Shown: positions 39,481 through 53,065 of the stretch, in pieces
How positions within the stretch are numbered: position 1 is the stretch's first letter
Layout of the letters: every line of letters begins with the position of its first letter
NCBI RefSeq assembly: GCF_001194135.2
Contig: NC_068989.1
Span: forward strand, 68,895,636 to 68,959,369
Direction: 5' to 3'
DNA length: 63,734 nt
Source: Octopus bimaculoides
Lineage: Eukaryota
Notes under the pieces: model-generated
The model's database searches: none
What the model was told of the DNA's origin: nothing
Seen by the model: only the letters and a program-made list of their open reading frames with translations
Translations under genes and position numbers: made by a program

Positions 39481-40574
39481 GTTGTTATGATTGTCATTGT
39501 TGTTATTGCTACTGTTCTGTTAATGCAGATGTTCATTTGTTGGATTATTTCAAGCAATGACACGATTTTCAAAAGGGTTTAATAATTAAAAAAGAAAAAG
39601 AAATGTCATATAGCAACGAGTGTTTCCCTACAGGTTTTATGCCGTACTTATTTCACTTCGTTTACGTTTGTAACGCCTCTACTAATCAGGACTCCCTTCT
39701 CTTGAGTAATATTGATTGCTTACTAGGAGCAAAACAAATCTCAGCTTTACATGGATGGCGAAAATAGGTTGGGTGACATCTTTTCCAGAAGCATTAAACG
39801 ATATAAGCGAAGTTAAAATAATCAAAAGTGTTCAGCCGTGAAGTCGGTTTGCCAACAGTTACAGGACATACCACTCAGTACATCTAGAAAACCCATTGTA
39901 AAAACCATTTGTTAAAATCCCTGAACGGAAATTTAAGATAAAAATATTTAAAAAATAAAATGCATAAAACATGTTTGAAAAATATCTTCACAACATCCCG
40001 ACTGAGTTATGGTGTGAACAAAAATATAAAACTAATAAAATTCTACTGGGGTAAAGCCATATATAATCAAAGTAATGTTGATTTCGTTATGAAATATTAA
40101 TAAAACAGGCTAAAACAAGCACATCCATTGTAAATGTTGTAGTAATGAACATTAGAAGTATATTGCAGAATCGATGAAAGCATTAGTCTCGCTGTTGGTG
40201 CTAAGAATAGGAGCAACTAATTGTTGCCTGGAAAAATCCGGTCAGAACTAACTTAGTTCATTTATAGATAGCACAGACTTAATAAATCAGTGTTTTGTTC
40301 TCAGTGATCAACGTTATACCATGAACTTTTTATTATGTAATATACCGTTTAGATAATTTAGTGAATACGCTCGTTCGTATGCAAGGGAGAAGAAAAATCG
40401 GATGCCATGTTTTAACTGACGAGTCGTAATAAAAATATATAAGAAAGTGAGCGGCCTGATACTGTTTAAAATAAGAAATGCCTTACACATTTGGGGCTGA
40501 TGATTAAAGATGTTAGTTGAACTGGATACTTTATAATTGATGTTATTTGTTTTACTTATTTCTAATGCTTACAG

Positions 40575-40581
40575 CGAAAAG
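40575..40581 (+). CDS. Candidate 7-nt micro-exon (CGAAAAG)
   Basis: TTATTTCTAATGCTTACAG|CGAAAAG|GTAAGA, with a CTAAT branch-point-like motif. Confidence 0.5.
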
Positions 40582-41079
40582 GTAAGAAGGTCGCTTCGCA
40601 TTGACTTATATCGTAAGTACATTTATTCCCTTTTCAAAATGATTTAATTACTCTGAAGGCAGTGAGGTTGAGGGTACATTACGGAATGCCTTAATCGCTT
40701 TGCTTAACCCTAACTGAAATTCTTATCATTTACGTAACGCATGATGACGACGAACTGCCAAGGTAACAGAACATGAACACATCATCCTGGTCGGCTTCCT
40801 GTGTGTTTGTGCGTGTGTGTACATATACATGCATATACATACAAAAACAAACAAACACACACACACACACACTCACACACACACACACACTCACACTCAC
40901 ACACACACACACACACACATAATTGTAAAACACCAGCTTGCAGAGTCGTAAGAGTTGTGAGATGAAGATGACATCACAGAGGACGAAAAGGAAGGGACTC
41001 ACGCCTAATACACCAGCAACTTTTATAGCATTGATACTGGACGAATGGAAGGACAGACAGACAGATAGACATGCAGACT

Positions 41080-41146
<67 letters not shown>

Positions 41147-42619
41147 GGGAGTTTTCGGTGGCGAATTGTTGGACGCCAGTGCTATAGACAAGGCAAATAT
41201 CTCAGGAAAGGCACGCTATTTTTCTATTCTTAGCAAACTTGTAAGTTGATTGAAAGTCTCTGTATATTTGTTCGACCTGCTATGAAGAGTAACTAAATCT
41301 TCCTCAAATCACCCTCTGCCATCCGATAATACATACCCAAAATAGCCTTCAAAGGGCGAGATAATCATGGCTGAAATGCTTTTTATAAGTCTGCCTCGAT
41401 CAAGGTTGACCTAGTGTTAAACAACAACAATTCAGTTGACACAAGGGAACCATAAAGTGGTCGATTTATGTGCTTGAAACAGCAGCCAAATGTCCTCTCC
41501 AAATTACAACATCTACTGTCTTAAGAAATAGGGAAAGACATTTTATTAGAGACAATATTATTAGTCCTAGATATATTCATAAGAAGATGAGGTTTTAAGG
41601 GCTGAAATGTGCTTAATCGTATAGGTCTCGTCTGCTCGATCATGGCTGACATGAACTGAAAAAAAAAAAACAAGACTAACAATAACCAACAACGTCAGCA
41701 ACATTCTTACAATGATAACTTGAAAGTTCATAGTCCAAAACTGGTTTGGCTGGTATGGCGTCCGAAAACATGATAGAACATATTTGTGAACAACCAGGTG
41801 TGACAAAATTATGCATTCTCAACTTGACGTCGTAGAAGAAGCGAGAAAAAAATGTGATTGGAATGTGCCCTTCTCTGAATAATAATACAACACTAAACTT
41901 GTTGAAGTGACGTCAGAAATGGCAACAGAAAAGAAAAATTGTTTCTCAGAATGCATACTTATTAAATTTGTTTTATTCTCTCACATACTTCACTTCTACC
42001 TCCCCTCTCCCTCTTTCTCTCTCCTTCTCTGTGTATGTTTGTCCTCTCTCTCTCCCTCTCTTTGTAGCTATGTAGCTGTGTGTCTCTCTCTCTCTCCCTT
42101 CCTTTTGCTCTTTCTATCTCTTTGTCTCCTGCTGTTGTCCACGACCTCTTTTCTCATTCGCTTCTTTTATTTTTTTCTTATATCAATTGTCCTCTCTACT
42201 TTACAGTTTCTTCCTCACCTCTCTCTCCCTCCCTCGCTTCCCCCTCTCTCTCTCTCTCGTTCTATATATCCATCTGCCTCTTGCCTTGTCACACATGGCC
42301 TCTTTGCTCGTTTCTCACCTCACCCTCTCGCTTTGTTTTTCTCCATCTTCAATTTCTCTCCCTCTTTCTATCTCTCTTTCTGTCTTTTTCTATATCACTT
42401 CAGTCACCTTCTTCACACAGGTCCCCTTTTGTATCTCGTTTCTTCGTCCATAGTAATCCTCTCCTCTTCTTACTCTCAAAGTGTGTAAACACGTACATTG
42501 ATTGTAGTAAGGACTAGGAGAAAATTAAGGTAGAAAAGACAGTCAGAGAGAGGGGGGAGAAAGAAAGATAGAAAGAAAAGGTTTGTATGATCATTTTCAT
42601 CATAGCGAGATAGAATATA

Positions 42620-42686
<67 letters not shown>

Positions 42687-42751
42687 GAAATAACTATATA
42701 TCGAAAGAAGGTGAAGAGAGGGAAAGGGAATATGAAAACTTATCCGGGACA

Positions 42752-42799
<48 letters not shown>

Positions 42800-42800
42800 G

Positions 42801-42863
<63 letters not shown>

Positions 42864-43115
42864 GTAGGTAGGTAGGGAGACGGAAGGAGTAGAGAAATCG
42901 AATAAAATTGAAAAAGAAAAACAAAACAAAACAAAATACAGATAGGATAATTGGAAAGATAGTAAACGGGGAGAAGCGGGAGTAGTTGGGGTGTGTTACA
43001 TGAGAGAAGAATGCCGGGTGCTTAGTAACCAGGTAAAATAGCGACGATCAATTGTGGAGATATCAGTGCACAGAAACTATATAACATTATAGAAAGATGT
43101 GTACGTGTTCATAGT

Positions 43116-43171
<56 letters not shown>

Positions 43172-43619
43172 CGAGAGGATAAGACAAGCATGCGTGTTGT
43201 TTGAGCGGTTACTGGAAGGAGTTAAGTCTGTTGAGTGAATGAGTGCGCGTGTGTATGTGTGTATGTGTGTATGCGCGCGCGTTTTTGTGTGCGTGTGTAT
43301 GCGTTTAAGAATAGATGTGTATAACTATCCTTCTATATTCGTATGTAGGTATACTGGACGTTAGATATTGGCATATATATATATATACGTATATTGCACG
43401 ATAGGTATTAGCGTATAGAAGTTTTTAGTTGGATACATTACTGCAGTTTACCTTTACAGTTTACCTTGTATGTGTATATTTTGTAATTATGTCTTGCTTG
43501 TAATTATATGTATGAACAAACATATACACTCACGCACTCACGCGTGTATGCGTGTGCATGTGTGTGTGTGAGTTCGTATGTTTGCTGCGTCTGTGTGTGC
43601 ATGTACCTATCTATCTATC

Positions 43620-43710
<91 letters not shown>

Positions 43711-43990
43711 ATATATATTAGCTTAGCGTTTTTACGTATGTAAATATATACACGCACATATACACTTGTTTATATATTCACTTAAGGTGGGGGTTTGCTT
43801 GTATAATAACCTAGGAAACAATCTACATCGTATTTCCACTTGGCAAGAATCGCATTCCAATCATTATAGATGATAACCATTCCATCTTAATAACACCCAC
43901 ACACACACACACACCAATAGGCACGGAGACAACACGCGCGAGCACGAGAGAATTTCTGTTTTGTTATTTGTCCCCGATAGAAGAATTGAG

Positions 43991-44230
43991 TTCACCCTTT
44001 TGTTACCATATTTCTGTTGAAATACACTGAGTTTGTTTCATGTAATTTTGAAAATCTGAAGAATTTAGTAAAGTAACTGTATCGTTATTAAACTGGTGTT
44101 TGGGACTAAATTAACATAGGATTTTGATGTTTTTTTAAATTAATTTTTATTATTTAGATCACTTTAAAACGGGAAGTTTGTATCATAGAACCATGGGCGG
44201 TCTCAGGTAAGTTTTTGAAGAGGTTGTTAG
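43991..44230. mobile_element. piggyBac-like MITE
   Basis: Degenerate TTAA-CCCTTT..AAGAGG-TTG termini, homologous to 29123-29241. Confidence 0.55.
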
Positions 44231-44481
44231 AGGTGACTGAACAGGTGTGACGGTCTCGTGGTCTTATATGGCTAATGATCAAATGAACATTATTCACAAG
44301 ATACTCTAACATTAAAAATCAATCCGATACACTAAAGCGAAAAGTGATCTCTGCCTACTGTGTTACTTGCTGTATGCTGATCCGTAAGTGACCCCTTGAC
44401 CTTGTATAAATTTCTGTAGCATAATTTAATTCGTACTTACCACTGTAGATATATATATATTATATATATAATGCGAGAGAG

Positions 44482-44524
44482 TTAGGGGTTAGGGTTAGGG
44501 TTAGGGTTAGGGTTAGGGTTAGGG
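44482..44524 (+). repeat. Interstitial telomere-type repeat (TTAGGG)7
   Basis: TTAGGG, then G, then (TTAGGG)6, read directly. Confidence 0.95.
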
Positions 44525-45531
44525 TATCCAATATACTGCTGGGATATATACTTCTATATGTAAACCCGGTTGGCAAAATAACATGGTTTGTCATAAACAC
44601 CTGTACTTTGGGTTTTTTTCTTTTTTTTTTGTCACTTTAGCTATGAATTAAATTAATGAATTCAACGGGATACACTGTCTGCAAGTAGTTGGGTTCAGCA
44701 TATTATCCTCCATTTTCTAATTGATATATATATATATATTTTTTNNNNNNNNNNNNNNNNNNNNNNNNNNNNNNNNNNNNNNNNNNNNNNNNNNNNNNNN
44801 NNNNNNNNNNNNNNNATGTCATATTAATTTTTTTTCTTCAATAAAGCCAGAACAATGCAAGCTATCAGAAATAGTACAAGTCGATGGTTTACACTTTCAC
44901 CTTGAAGTGACTTCTCAGGGAGACAACACCATAAGGTTGTATAATTACTTAAAACTTGCATTGTTTTGACTTTAAAAAAAAATTTAAAAACATGTGTCTA
45001 TATCAGACAATGTTTCGTGCAGAGTATACTATTCATATGAATAAAATATATATAAAAGATATTCTTTATTTATATGTCGTCTATGTCTTTGTGTTGTGAT
45101 ATAAAATTATTTTGGGAGTGTTATGAGGAACAACACTTCGACAGGTGTTTAAAGACCTCCTAGGTGGATTAAAATTACTAGCTAGGATTAATACAGTTAA
45201 CATTTCAGCTTGAATGGTCAGAGAGAGAAAAAAGTATGGAGTGAGAAAGATGCAAGTGTGAAGATAAAATAAGAAAAAGAAGAAAAAAGGTGGTTTATTT
45301 AAAGTACGGTGTTTAGGGGAAGTTAAGGCACATCACTTGTAAAGGTATGAGGAAAGACGGGTACATGGAGTGGATTTAAGTGTAAATGGGGAATAACATA
45401 TAGTATAGAGTCAGCAACTTAAGAGGAAATTGGGATGATGGTGTAATACGCAGCTATACAGGAAACGACACTTATTAATAAAGCAAACCAAGTGTTAAAA
45501 CATCAAAAAATGACAGGAAAGAAGGAAGTTA

Positions 45532-45574
<43 letters not shown>

Positions 45575-45608
45575 AAAAGAAATGTAAAAGTCACTTTCCA
45601 TTCCTCAC

Positions 45609-45639
<31 letters not shown>

Positions 45640-46389
45640 GTATGTCATAGTGTACCAGATAACCTGTGAAATGTTTCGGTTGTTCGCATCGGACCACTTT
45701 CCAGCTGTATTGTGTCAATTAAAAGTTTCCCCGTCCCAGACCAACGGATTATATCAAAAGCAAATGAGTGAGCGTGTGCGTGGTCGCTAGCCTTACAAGA
45801 AAGAGCTGCCGAATCTCCCTCAGATTAAAGCAGAACATTAAAAAGAGTGGACATATTGTGGTCATCTTAGAGAAACTGTGCGAATAAAAAGACGAGATGG
45901 TTATGGCTGGAATGTCTTTGGTTATAAACCTGCTTGATCAGAGCTAACTTGGAAGTGAGCAATATTAACGGCAACAGGTTATAAATTACGAGCCAACGCA
46001 GGAGTCTGTAAGTGCTGGCACAAACTGCAAGAAATGGCAAACAAATCACCCGCCAAATTACACTCTACCAGGTATTTTTTTTTTTTTTTTTTTAACGTGA
46101 ATTGACTGGAACAACGCCACCGCTTTCCTGATGGTCCTTTCTATACAGCTTAGTAGTTGTGCAGGATTATTGTATTGCTTATATGTAACTGTGTTGACAA
46201 TCATGCGTCGACACAAGCCACTGAATTGCCTCCTCTGAGGTGTTCTGGGTTCATATCTAACTGAGTTCAACATTGCCTTAATATCGATAAATTAAAGTAC
46301 CAATCAAGAACTATATTGATATAATTGACTAATCCCTTCTATTCACAAGTTCCGGGCTTTTGCCTTGCTCAGAAATTAATTTTACATAG

Positions 46390-46752
46390 GCGATGTATAA
46401 GCAGAATCGTTAGAGCGTCGAACAAAATGCCTTGCGCCATTTCTTCTGACTCTTCATCCTAAGTTTAAAATTCCATCTGGATCAACTTTACCTTTCTTTC
46501 CTCCAGGTTCGATAAAATAGAGTACTAGTCAGGCATTGAGCTCGACAGTATTGATTAACCCCTCTCCTTAAAATTGCTAATCTTGTACCTAAACAAGAAT
46601 GGTACTTAATTTATCGATCCTAAAAGGATGAAAGGCAAAGTCGACCTTGGCGGTCGACTTTGCCTTTCATCCTTTCGGGGTCGATAAATTAAGTAGCAGT
46701 GAAACACTAGGGGTCACGTAATCGACTAGTACCTATAGTAGAAAAGATTATT

Positions 46753-46783
<31 letters not shown>

Positions 46784-47012
46784 CTGCTGTTGTTGGTAAG
46801 GCGGCTAGCTGGCAGAACCATAGGCACCATCAAAGAAAATGCTTAGCGGCATTTCCTCCGGCCCTTTTCTGAGTTCAAATACCGCCAAAGTCGATTTTTG
46901 CCTTTTATCCTTTCGTAGTCGATAAAATAAATACCAGCTGAGCACTGGGGTCGATGTAATCGACTTACTTCTTCCATCTAAAATTGATGGACCAGTGCCA
47001 AAATTTGTAGTA
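46390..47012. mobile_element. Cluster of four abundant-SINE copies or fragments (+,-,+,+)
   Basis: Repeated cores GTCGACTTTGCCTTTCATCC..GATAAA. Includes the fold-back at 46603-46695. Confidence 0.8.
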
Positions 47013-47339
47013 ATTATTATTCTTGTTATACTCGATCATGCATTCCACATATATATATATTCTTATATGGACCTGAGTACACAGTATGTGTTTCCGTAAA
47101 CATTCATATAGATAAATTTGNNNNNNNNNNNNNNNNNNNNNNNNNNNNNNNNNNNNNNNNNNNNNNNNNNNNNNNNNNNNNNNNNNNNNNNNNNNNNNNN
47201 NNNNNNNNTATAAAAGAAATCACCTGACCAGGTTCTTGATTGTAAAAAAAGAAACTGACTAACAGATGACTTTGCAAGTCAAGTGTGTCTTACATATATC
47301 GGTGTACTTACTTGTGTGTGTGTGTGAGAAAGAGAGAGG

Positions 47340-47376
<37 letters not shown>

Positions 47377-47949
47377 AGAGAGAAAGAGGGAGAGACAGAC
47401 AGAAAGAAAGAAATAGCGTGTGTGAAAGAATGCGGGCGTGGACAATAAAGAGGTAATGGGACTGAGAGGTAAGACGTGTGTGTGTGAGGTGGTCATACCA
47501 TGAGTATACTGTCAAAGGCAAAACGTCTCCAATAGTATGCGTCATGATTATTAAGAGGTTGCCGGGCGAGGGTCTGGTCGAACCGTTTGAGCATCGGCGG
47601 TAAAAACAAAAAATACCTTGCGGTATGTTTCGTCTGCTCACTTCCAGAGTTCGAATTTCGCTGTGGTCAACTTTGTTTTTCATCCTTCCTAGATTGATAA
47701 AACAAAGTATTGGGATCGATGATCGTCGTTAAATAAATTTTTGCCTCGATTCAAACATTGTCCCATCATAAAAGAGCCAGACGTCACTTGTGAAAAAATA
47801 TAGCTTATCGCTTGATAGCGTGTATCATGCTTTTGCTAATTGTTTAAGGTGCCTGTGTAGTCGCGAGCAGACATAGACACTTTTCCGACTTTCTCACCCT
47901 TTGACTCAATAGCATACTCAGCTAGAGGGAGAGAGTTCTACACCAGGAA

Positions 47950-48181
47950 CAGGGGGTGTACGGGGTGTAAGCCCAACTCCTAAAATTTTGGTGGGGATGC
48001 AAAATCAACATTTGCATCCCTGTTTACATTTCTCGGGTTTAGAAAACTGCGTAAAAAGTGTTCGATAAAAAGTAGCTAAAAGTTAGGGTTCTTAGGAAAA
48101 AACAAAGAGAAAAAATAAATAAAAAATGAAAAAAAAAACAAGACCTTGTCTGTAAAAAATGTTGGAACTGGGTTTGCGCCT
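47950..48181. mobile_element. Possible hAT-like MITE
   Basis: CAGGGGGTGTACGGGG start and internal inverted repeat GGGATGCAAA/TTTGCATCCC (47994-48020). Right end uncertain. Confidence 0.3.
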
Positions 48182-48472
48182 TTTAAGCAAATATCATTCC
48201 TGAGCCAAAGCCAACACTTCACTGTTACTCATTTTCAGTTGAGTAGATAACAACGTGAAATGAAGTGCCTTGCTGAAGGACACAACGTGCCGCTCGGCCC
48301 AGGAATTGAATCGACGACATTATGATTGTGAACCGAACACCTTAACCCTTGGGAATTCTGTTCGTAAAATTTAGGGATTTCATAAGTTCTCTTTACGTTC
48401 TTTTTATGAAATTATGGGATGTCACTGTTGTCACTTCCGGTCAATTTACTTGAATTTTAAAAAAAAATTCAG

Positions 48473-48528
48473 ATATGAATTAGATGCAGCTCGAAGGAAG
48501 AAAACAATATGGGACACACAAACACAAG
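48473..48528 (+). CDS. Candidate 56-nt exon (YELDAARRKKTIWDTQTQ), phase 2 to 1
   Basis: TTCAG|..CACAAG|GTATGT. Only one frame is open and the peptide is protein-like. The polypyrimidine tract is weak. Confidence 0.55.
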
Positions 48529-49240
48529 GTATGTGTGTTCGATATTGTTTTTGTTTTTTTTAAAACTCCTACAATGTGTGTTAACCTGTGGTTAACATGG
48601 AATTTAGGGGATTAAATTCCATTTTAACCTTAGAGTTTTTCTTGCTGGTTCGACTCGCCGAAAAATACATTTGCATCTCGTCTATTGGCGAGATCAACTT
48701 TGTATTTTCTATGATATTGATTGTTTAACCGACCAATTAAGCCAGCTATAAGATTAGTTGATTGGTGAAATAACTAACCAATTGACTAATAATAAAGAAG
48801 TGAAGTTGAACCAGAGTGTGCGTGTTTATTGGCATAATAACCGTTCAAAGATACCACATTTTTCTTCTTTTTTTTTTTGAACACACGAGTTTCACAACAA
48901 GTTCATATCAAGAATCTTGTAAAACGAAATATTTTCTGTAAGTTACACAAATATATTATATTTCTCTAAGGCAACGAGTTGGCAGAATCCTTAGCGTCTC
49001 TACGTTCTGAGTTCAAATTCCGCCGCGGTCGACTTTGCCTTTCATCCTTTCAGGTCGATAAAATAAGTAGAAGTTGAGCACTGAGATCAGTGATGATCTG
49101 GTACCAAAATTTTAAAGCGATATATTAAATTTTTCAGCGATCGCTATTTAAATTCTCCTATCCTCATTGCTGCAATTCAAATATGTTTGCACTGCTGCGA
49201 TCGGAAGAAAGGATTATGAAATGGCATGTTTTATTTGTAG

Positions 49241-49249
49241 ATGCTTAAG
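49241..49249 (+). CDS. Candidate 9-nt micro-exon (ATGCTTAAG)
   Basis: GTTTTATTTGTAG|ATGCTTAAG|GTAAGT. Reads MLK in phase 0, but D-A-stop if joined to 48528. Confidence 0.4.
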
Positions 49250-49520
49250 GTAAGTCAATGTAGGGTATGTGTATAAACGTTGACACAAACTTGTACTAAC
49301 TTTTTTGTCACTTGGTGTTCTTGTATTATGATGTTTACAAAGAATAATGTAGACACAGTGTATATAAAGACATATACAGGCATATATTTCATTCAAATAT
49401 ATCTCAATTAAAGGCGTATTTCAATGAATTTCAAGAATTAACACATTCAGATTTATTTTATCTTTTTTTTAGTATATAAAAGGCAGCCAGTTTGACTACA
49501 CGCCTTGTAAAAGTGAACAT

Positions 49521-49551
<31 letters not shown>

Positions 49552-49655
49552 AAAAAATATTTCGTTATAGGTATAAATATACCATAAACAAGTATTAAAA
49601 AATGGAGGAAAAAAAGAGGTTGAATCAAAATTAGATTTAATACAAAATGTATGTA

Positions 49656-49723
<68 letters not shown>

Positions 49724-50441
49724 AAGGTGTAAATGCTTTAGTATATAAATATTTATATATAATGTATGAAGTACACGCATTATACGTGCAATTCTATGTC
49801 AATACATGTTCTAAATATCCAAGTAAAAGGGTGTCCGACTGCAGAATTATTAGCGAACGCGGGACAAAATGCTTTGCGGTATTTATTTACGTTCCTTTTA
49901 CGTATCGTTGTTCTTGTTAATGTTGGTGTAGACCCAAGTCAGCATTGATCAACCAGTTTAATGAACAAATACATTCCAGGCGCGTGGCTATACCGGGTGT
50001 TGTTTATTCAGATTTACGTTGGCCAGTTGAAGACGGACGGCGGGGGTATGGTTACAGGGAAATTTGGCTGTTAGAACAACTATGTCGAGTAATTGCTTTG
50101 AGGGTTCTATGATCTCCTGTATACTAAGATCGAATCAATTGGTTATATATGACCATGGGCTTATATTAGAATATTGGAACCCAATATTTAATCCTTTGTA
50201 TTATTAAGAAAGTAATTTTGAGTGCACATATGACGCACACATATCCATATACATACACATATACATACACACTCACACACAAGATACATGCACATACATA
50301 CGCACATTCACATACACACATATAAACATACACACATATAAACATACACACATATCCATATACACATACACAATGATAACATTGATAACATTGATGGGAC
50401 TTCAACTTTCGGCTTCAAGAGCTTCTATTCTCAAACTCTGG

Positions 50442-50483
<42 letters not shown>

Positions 50484-50489
50484 GCGCGT

Positions 50490-51354
50490 GCGGGAAACGG
50501 AAATCAGCTTAGGAAGTGCTCACACGGCAGTAAAAGAGAAATTAAATTTCTTCCCATACAAAGTGCTGACCATTTAGAATTGAAGATTACGGATCATGCT
50601 AAAAGGCTTCCTTATCGTCATTGGTTCCAAAACTTTGTTGCCGAAAAAGGTATATAAGTACTGGATGGGTGTTTTTACACCGATGAGGCTTGGTTTCATT
50701 TGTCGGGACACATAAATTCGCAAAACACAAGGTTATGGAGCACTGAGAATTCACACGCGACGCATGAGCAGCCTCTGCATCCCGAAAAAGTTGGAGTATG
50801 GATGGCAATTTCGGGAAGACGTATTGTGGGACCGATATTTTTTAAAGACACCATCAACACCGAGTGATATTGCTCAAATATTGTCTATCCATTTGTAGAC
50901 CAGATGAAAGTGAAATTAATAATACATACTTTCAGCAAGATGGAGCTACAGCACATACTTCGCGCATCACCATGGCGCTACTTCAAGAGTTTTTCGGTGA
51001 ACGGATTATTTCGGAGGGACTTTGGCCACCAAGATCATCTGATTTAACTTATTTCTAGGGAGCAAGTAAAGGATCAGTGTACAAGAATCGCCCGAAAACC
51101 ATTAATGAACTAAAAGACGCAATCATAACCGTCACACGATCCATACCGCGTCAGACTCTCCAAGATGTATTCCAAAACATGTGTAGAAGAGTCAACTTAT
51201 GTATTGGAAATGAAGGACGACATTTTCAACACCTCTTATAAAGTTTCTTGAAGTCTTGTAAAGTCTAATATATTCTTTTGTAGTTTTTTACCATCTTATA
51301 AATATTTATTTTACAATAAAATACTTACTGCGGAGAGACTTTTTGAACACCCTG
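50490..51354 (+). mobile_element. Decayed IS630-Tc1-mariner transposon: catalytic region and right TIR
   Basis: TDEAWFHLSGHINSQNTRLWSTENSH..VGVWMAISGRRIVGPIFF, YFQQDGATAH, WPPRSSDLT and ..NEGRHFQHLL*. Right TIR (reverse complement) CAGGGTGTTCAAAAAGTC followed by TA. Left end unresolved. Confidence 0.9.
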
Positions 51355-52600
51355 TATATANNNNNNNNNNNNNNNNNNNNNNNNNNNNNNNNNNNNNNNN
51401 NNNNNNNNNNNNNNNNNNNNNNNNNNNNNNNNNNNNNNNNNNNNNNNNNNNNNNNNNNNNNNNNNNTATATATATATATATATGAAACAAAAGCAGGCGT
51501 ATCATATTTGGTGGTACTGCTCCGACAATAAAAAAGAATAACAGCAGACAAATGATTGTATTACTAATAGTTAATGTTTTCTTATATATCGACACAAAGC
51601 CAACACAATTTAAAGGCGAGGGAAAAATAAATACTCAAAATGCAACATCTAACACGTTCCCACGAGCATTAAGAATGTTAGTTTAGTGAAACATTTCAAA
51701 GAGATAATCGAAGTATTTTCTGCAGCCTTTAAGTACTCATCAATGAGTAATAGCTATTTAATCAGGGAGTGACTACGTTATCGCTTGACCTGTTTAAAAT
51801 TACTGTCTAACATCCCTCAAATCACACATATATCATTGTCTACCAATATAAATAAGAAATAGTGAAGAATGAATGAAAAAAGGACACATTATATAGTGAC
51901 GTAAAAAGACAAAATGGTCGCGAGTAGCGTGACCATTTAAACAATAACAGTTACTAATAAGGTCTATTGTCCTTAAGTGGGAAATGATTTAGGAAAGATG
52001 TACGCTTGTGATATTATAATGATGTAAGCCTGTATTATGAGCTAATGATATAATGAAAACGTTATAATATTATGACATCATAAAGGCATCAGCATAAAAT
52101 ATTAGCTACAAAATTGGTGCGAAATAGCATAATGATGGTAGGATGAAAAGCAAAGTTAACCAGGGCGATAATTGAACGTGGAACACCGAAACAAATACTG
52201 CATGGGATTTTGTCTGTCCGCTTAAACTCTCTACCAAATCTACTTATGATACTATAAGTTCAACTATGTTATCTGAAACTTCCATATAAGGTGACAGCTA
52301 CAGACATGTTTCGATATTAATGGATCTCGTCAGCGAGGCATAAACAAAATCGTGCTAAACGAAATAATACTTGACTTATTTCCTTTAGTTCATTCTATTA
52401 ATTTATATATTTTATGATGTAGTTTACTACAACCTATGTATTGTTGCATCACTTTTTCTATGTGTAAAATACTTCGTCTTTTGATCAAGCTAGTTCGAGT
52501 TTTACCAAACCATCGTCAGTCAACTTCTTCAAATACCACTAAACACTCTATATAAGAAGGAAAAAACAGAGACATATACTACACACTGCTCTATGTACAG

Positions 52601-52681
52601 GTAGATGACGGGAGCGAATTTAATGCGGATGAATGGAACAATTCACCAGTTTCTGTTGAGGAAACATACTTGAAGCAGAAG
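52601..52681 (+). CDS. Candidate 81-nt exon (VDDGSEFNADEWNNSPVSVEETYLKQK), phase 0 to 0
   Basis: CTGCTCTATGTACAG|..AAG|GTGATA. Only one frame is open. Confidence 0.45.
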
Positions 52682-52864
52682 GTGATAAATTTTAGGGTAC
52701 TTTGAAATCGTTTTCGAAGAATTATATATCATCTCATATTATATATATTTTTAAAAAATTATTTTGTCTGATATATATGCGCTGGTATGTTTGAATATTT
52801 GGAAATTTGTACGTGTGTCTACACAGTTGATGGTAATATGCTGGCTTTGCACAAATTTATAATA

Positions 52865-53065
52865 AGGTGGCAAGTTGGTGAGTTGGCGCGTGAGGCAAAA
52901 CTACTTAACTTCCGACTATTTACGTTCTGAGTTCAAATACCATAGATGTCAGCTTTGTTTTTGATCCTGTCGAAGTCGATAAAGAAAAAGTATCAGTCAT
53001 GCACTGAAGTCGATGTAATTGACCTTACCCCTCCCCACGATTTGTTGGTCTTGTACAAAAGAATT
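52865..53065 (+). mobile_element. Abundant SINE copy (degenerate)
   Basis: TTTACGTTCTGAGTTCAAATACC..GTCGATAAA..GTCGATGTAATTGAC. Confidence 0.75.

Noticed and set aside
41234-41240. Second 7-nt micro-exon candidate (TTCTTAG|CAAACTT|GTAAGT)
   Set aside because: The splice sites are good, but it appears to lie at the edge of a dispersed repeat and it breaks phase with 48473 in the preferred frame. It is kept only as an alternative path.
41907-42517. 193-aa and 145-aa L/S/F-rich ORFs resembling membrane proteins
   Set aside because: They arise from a CT-rich low-complexity tract that lacks stop codons by composition.
44158-44206. Exon-like TTTAG..CTCAG|GTAAGT
   Set aside because: It lies inside the piggyBac-like MITE.
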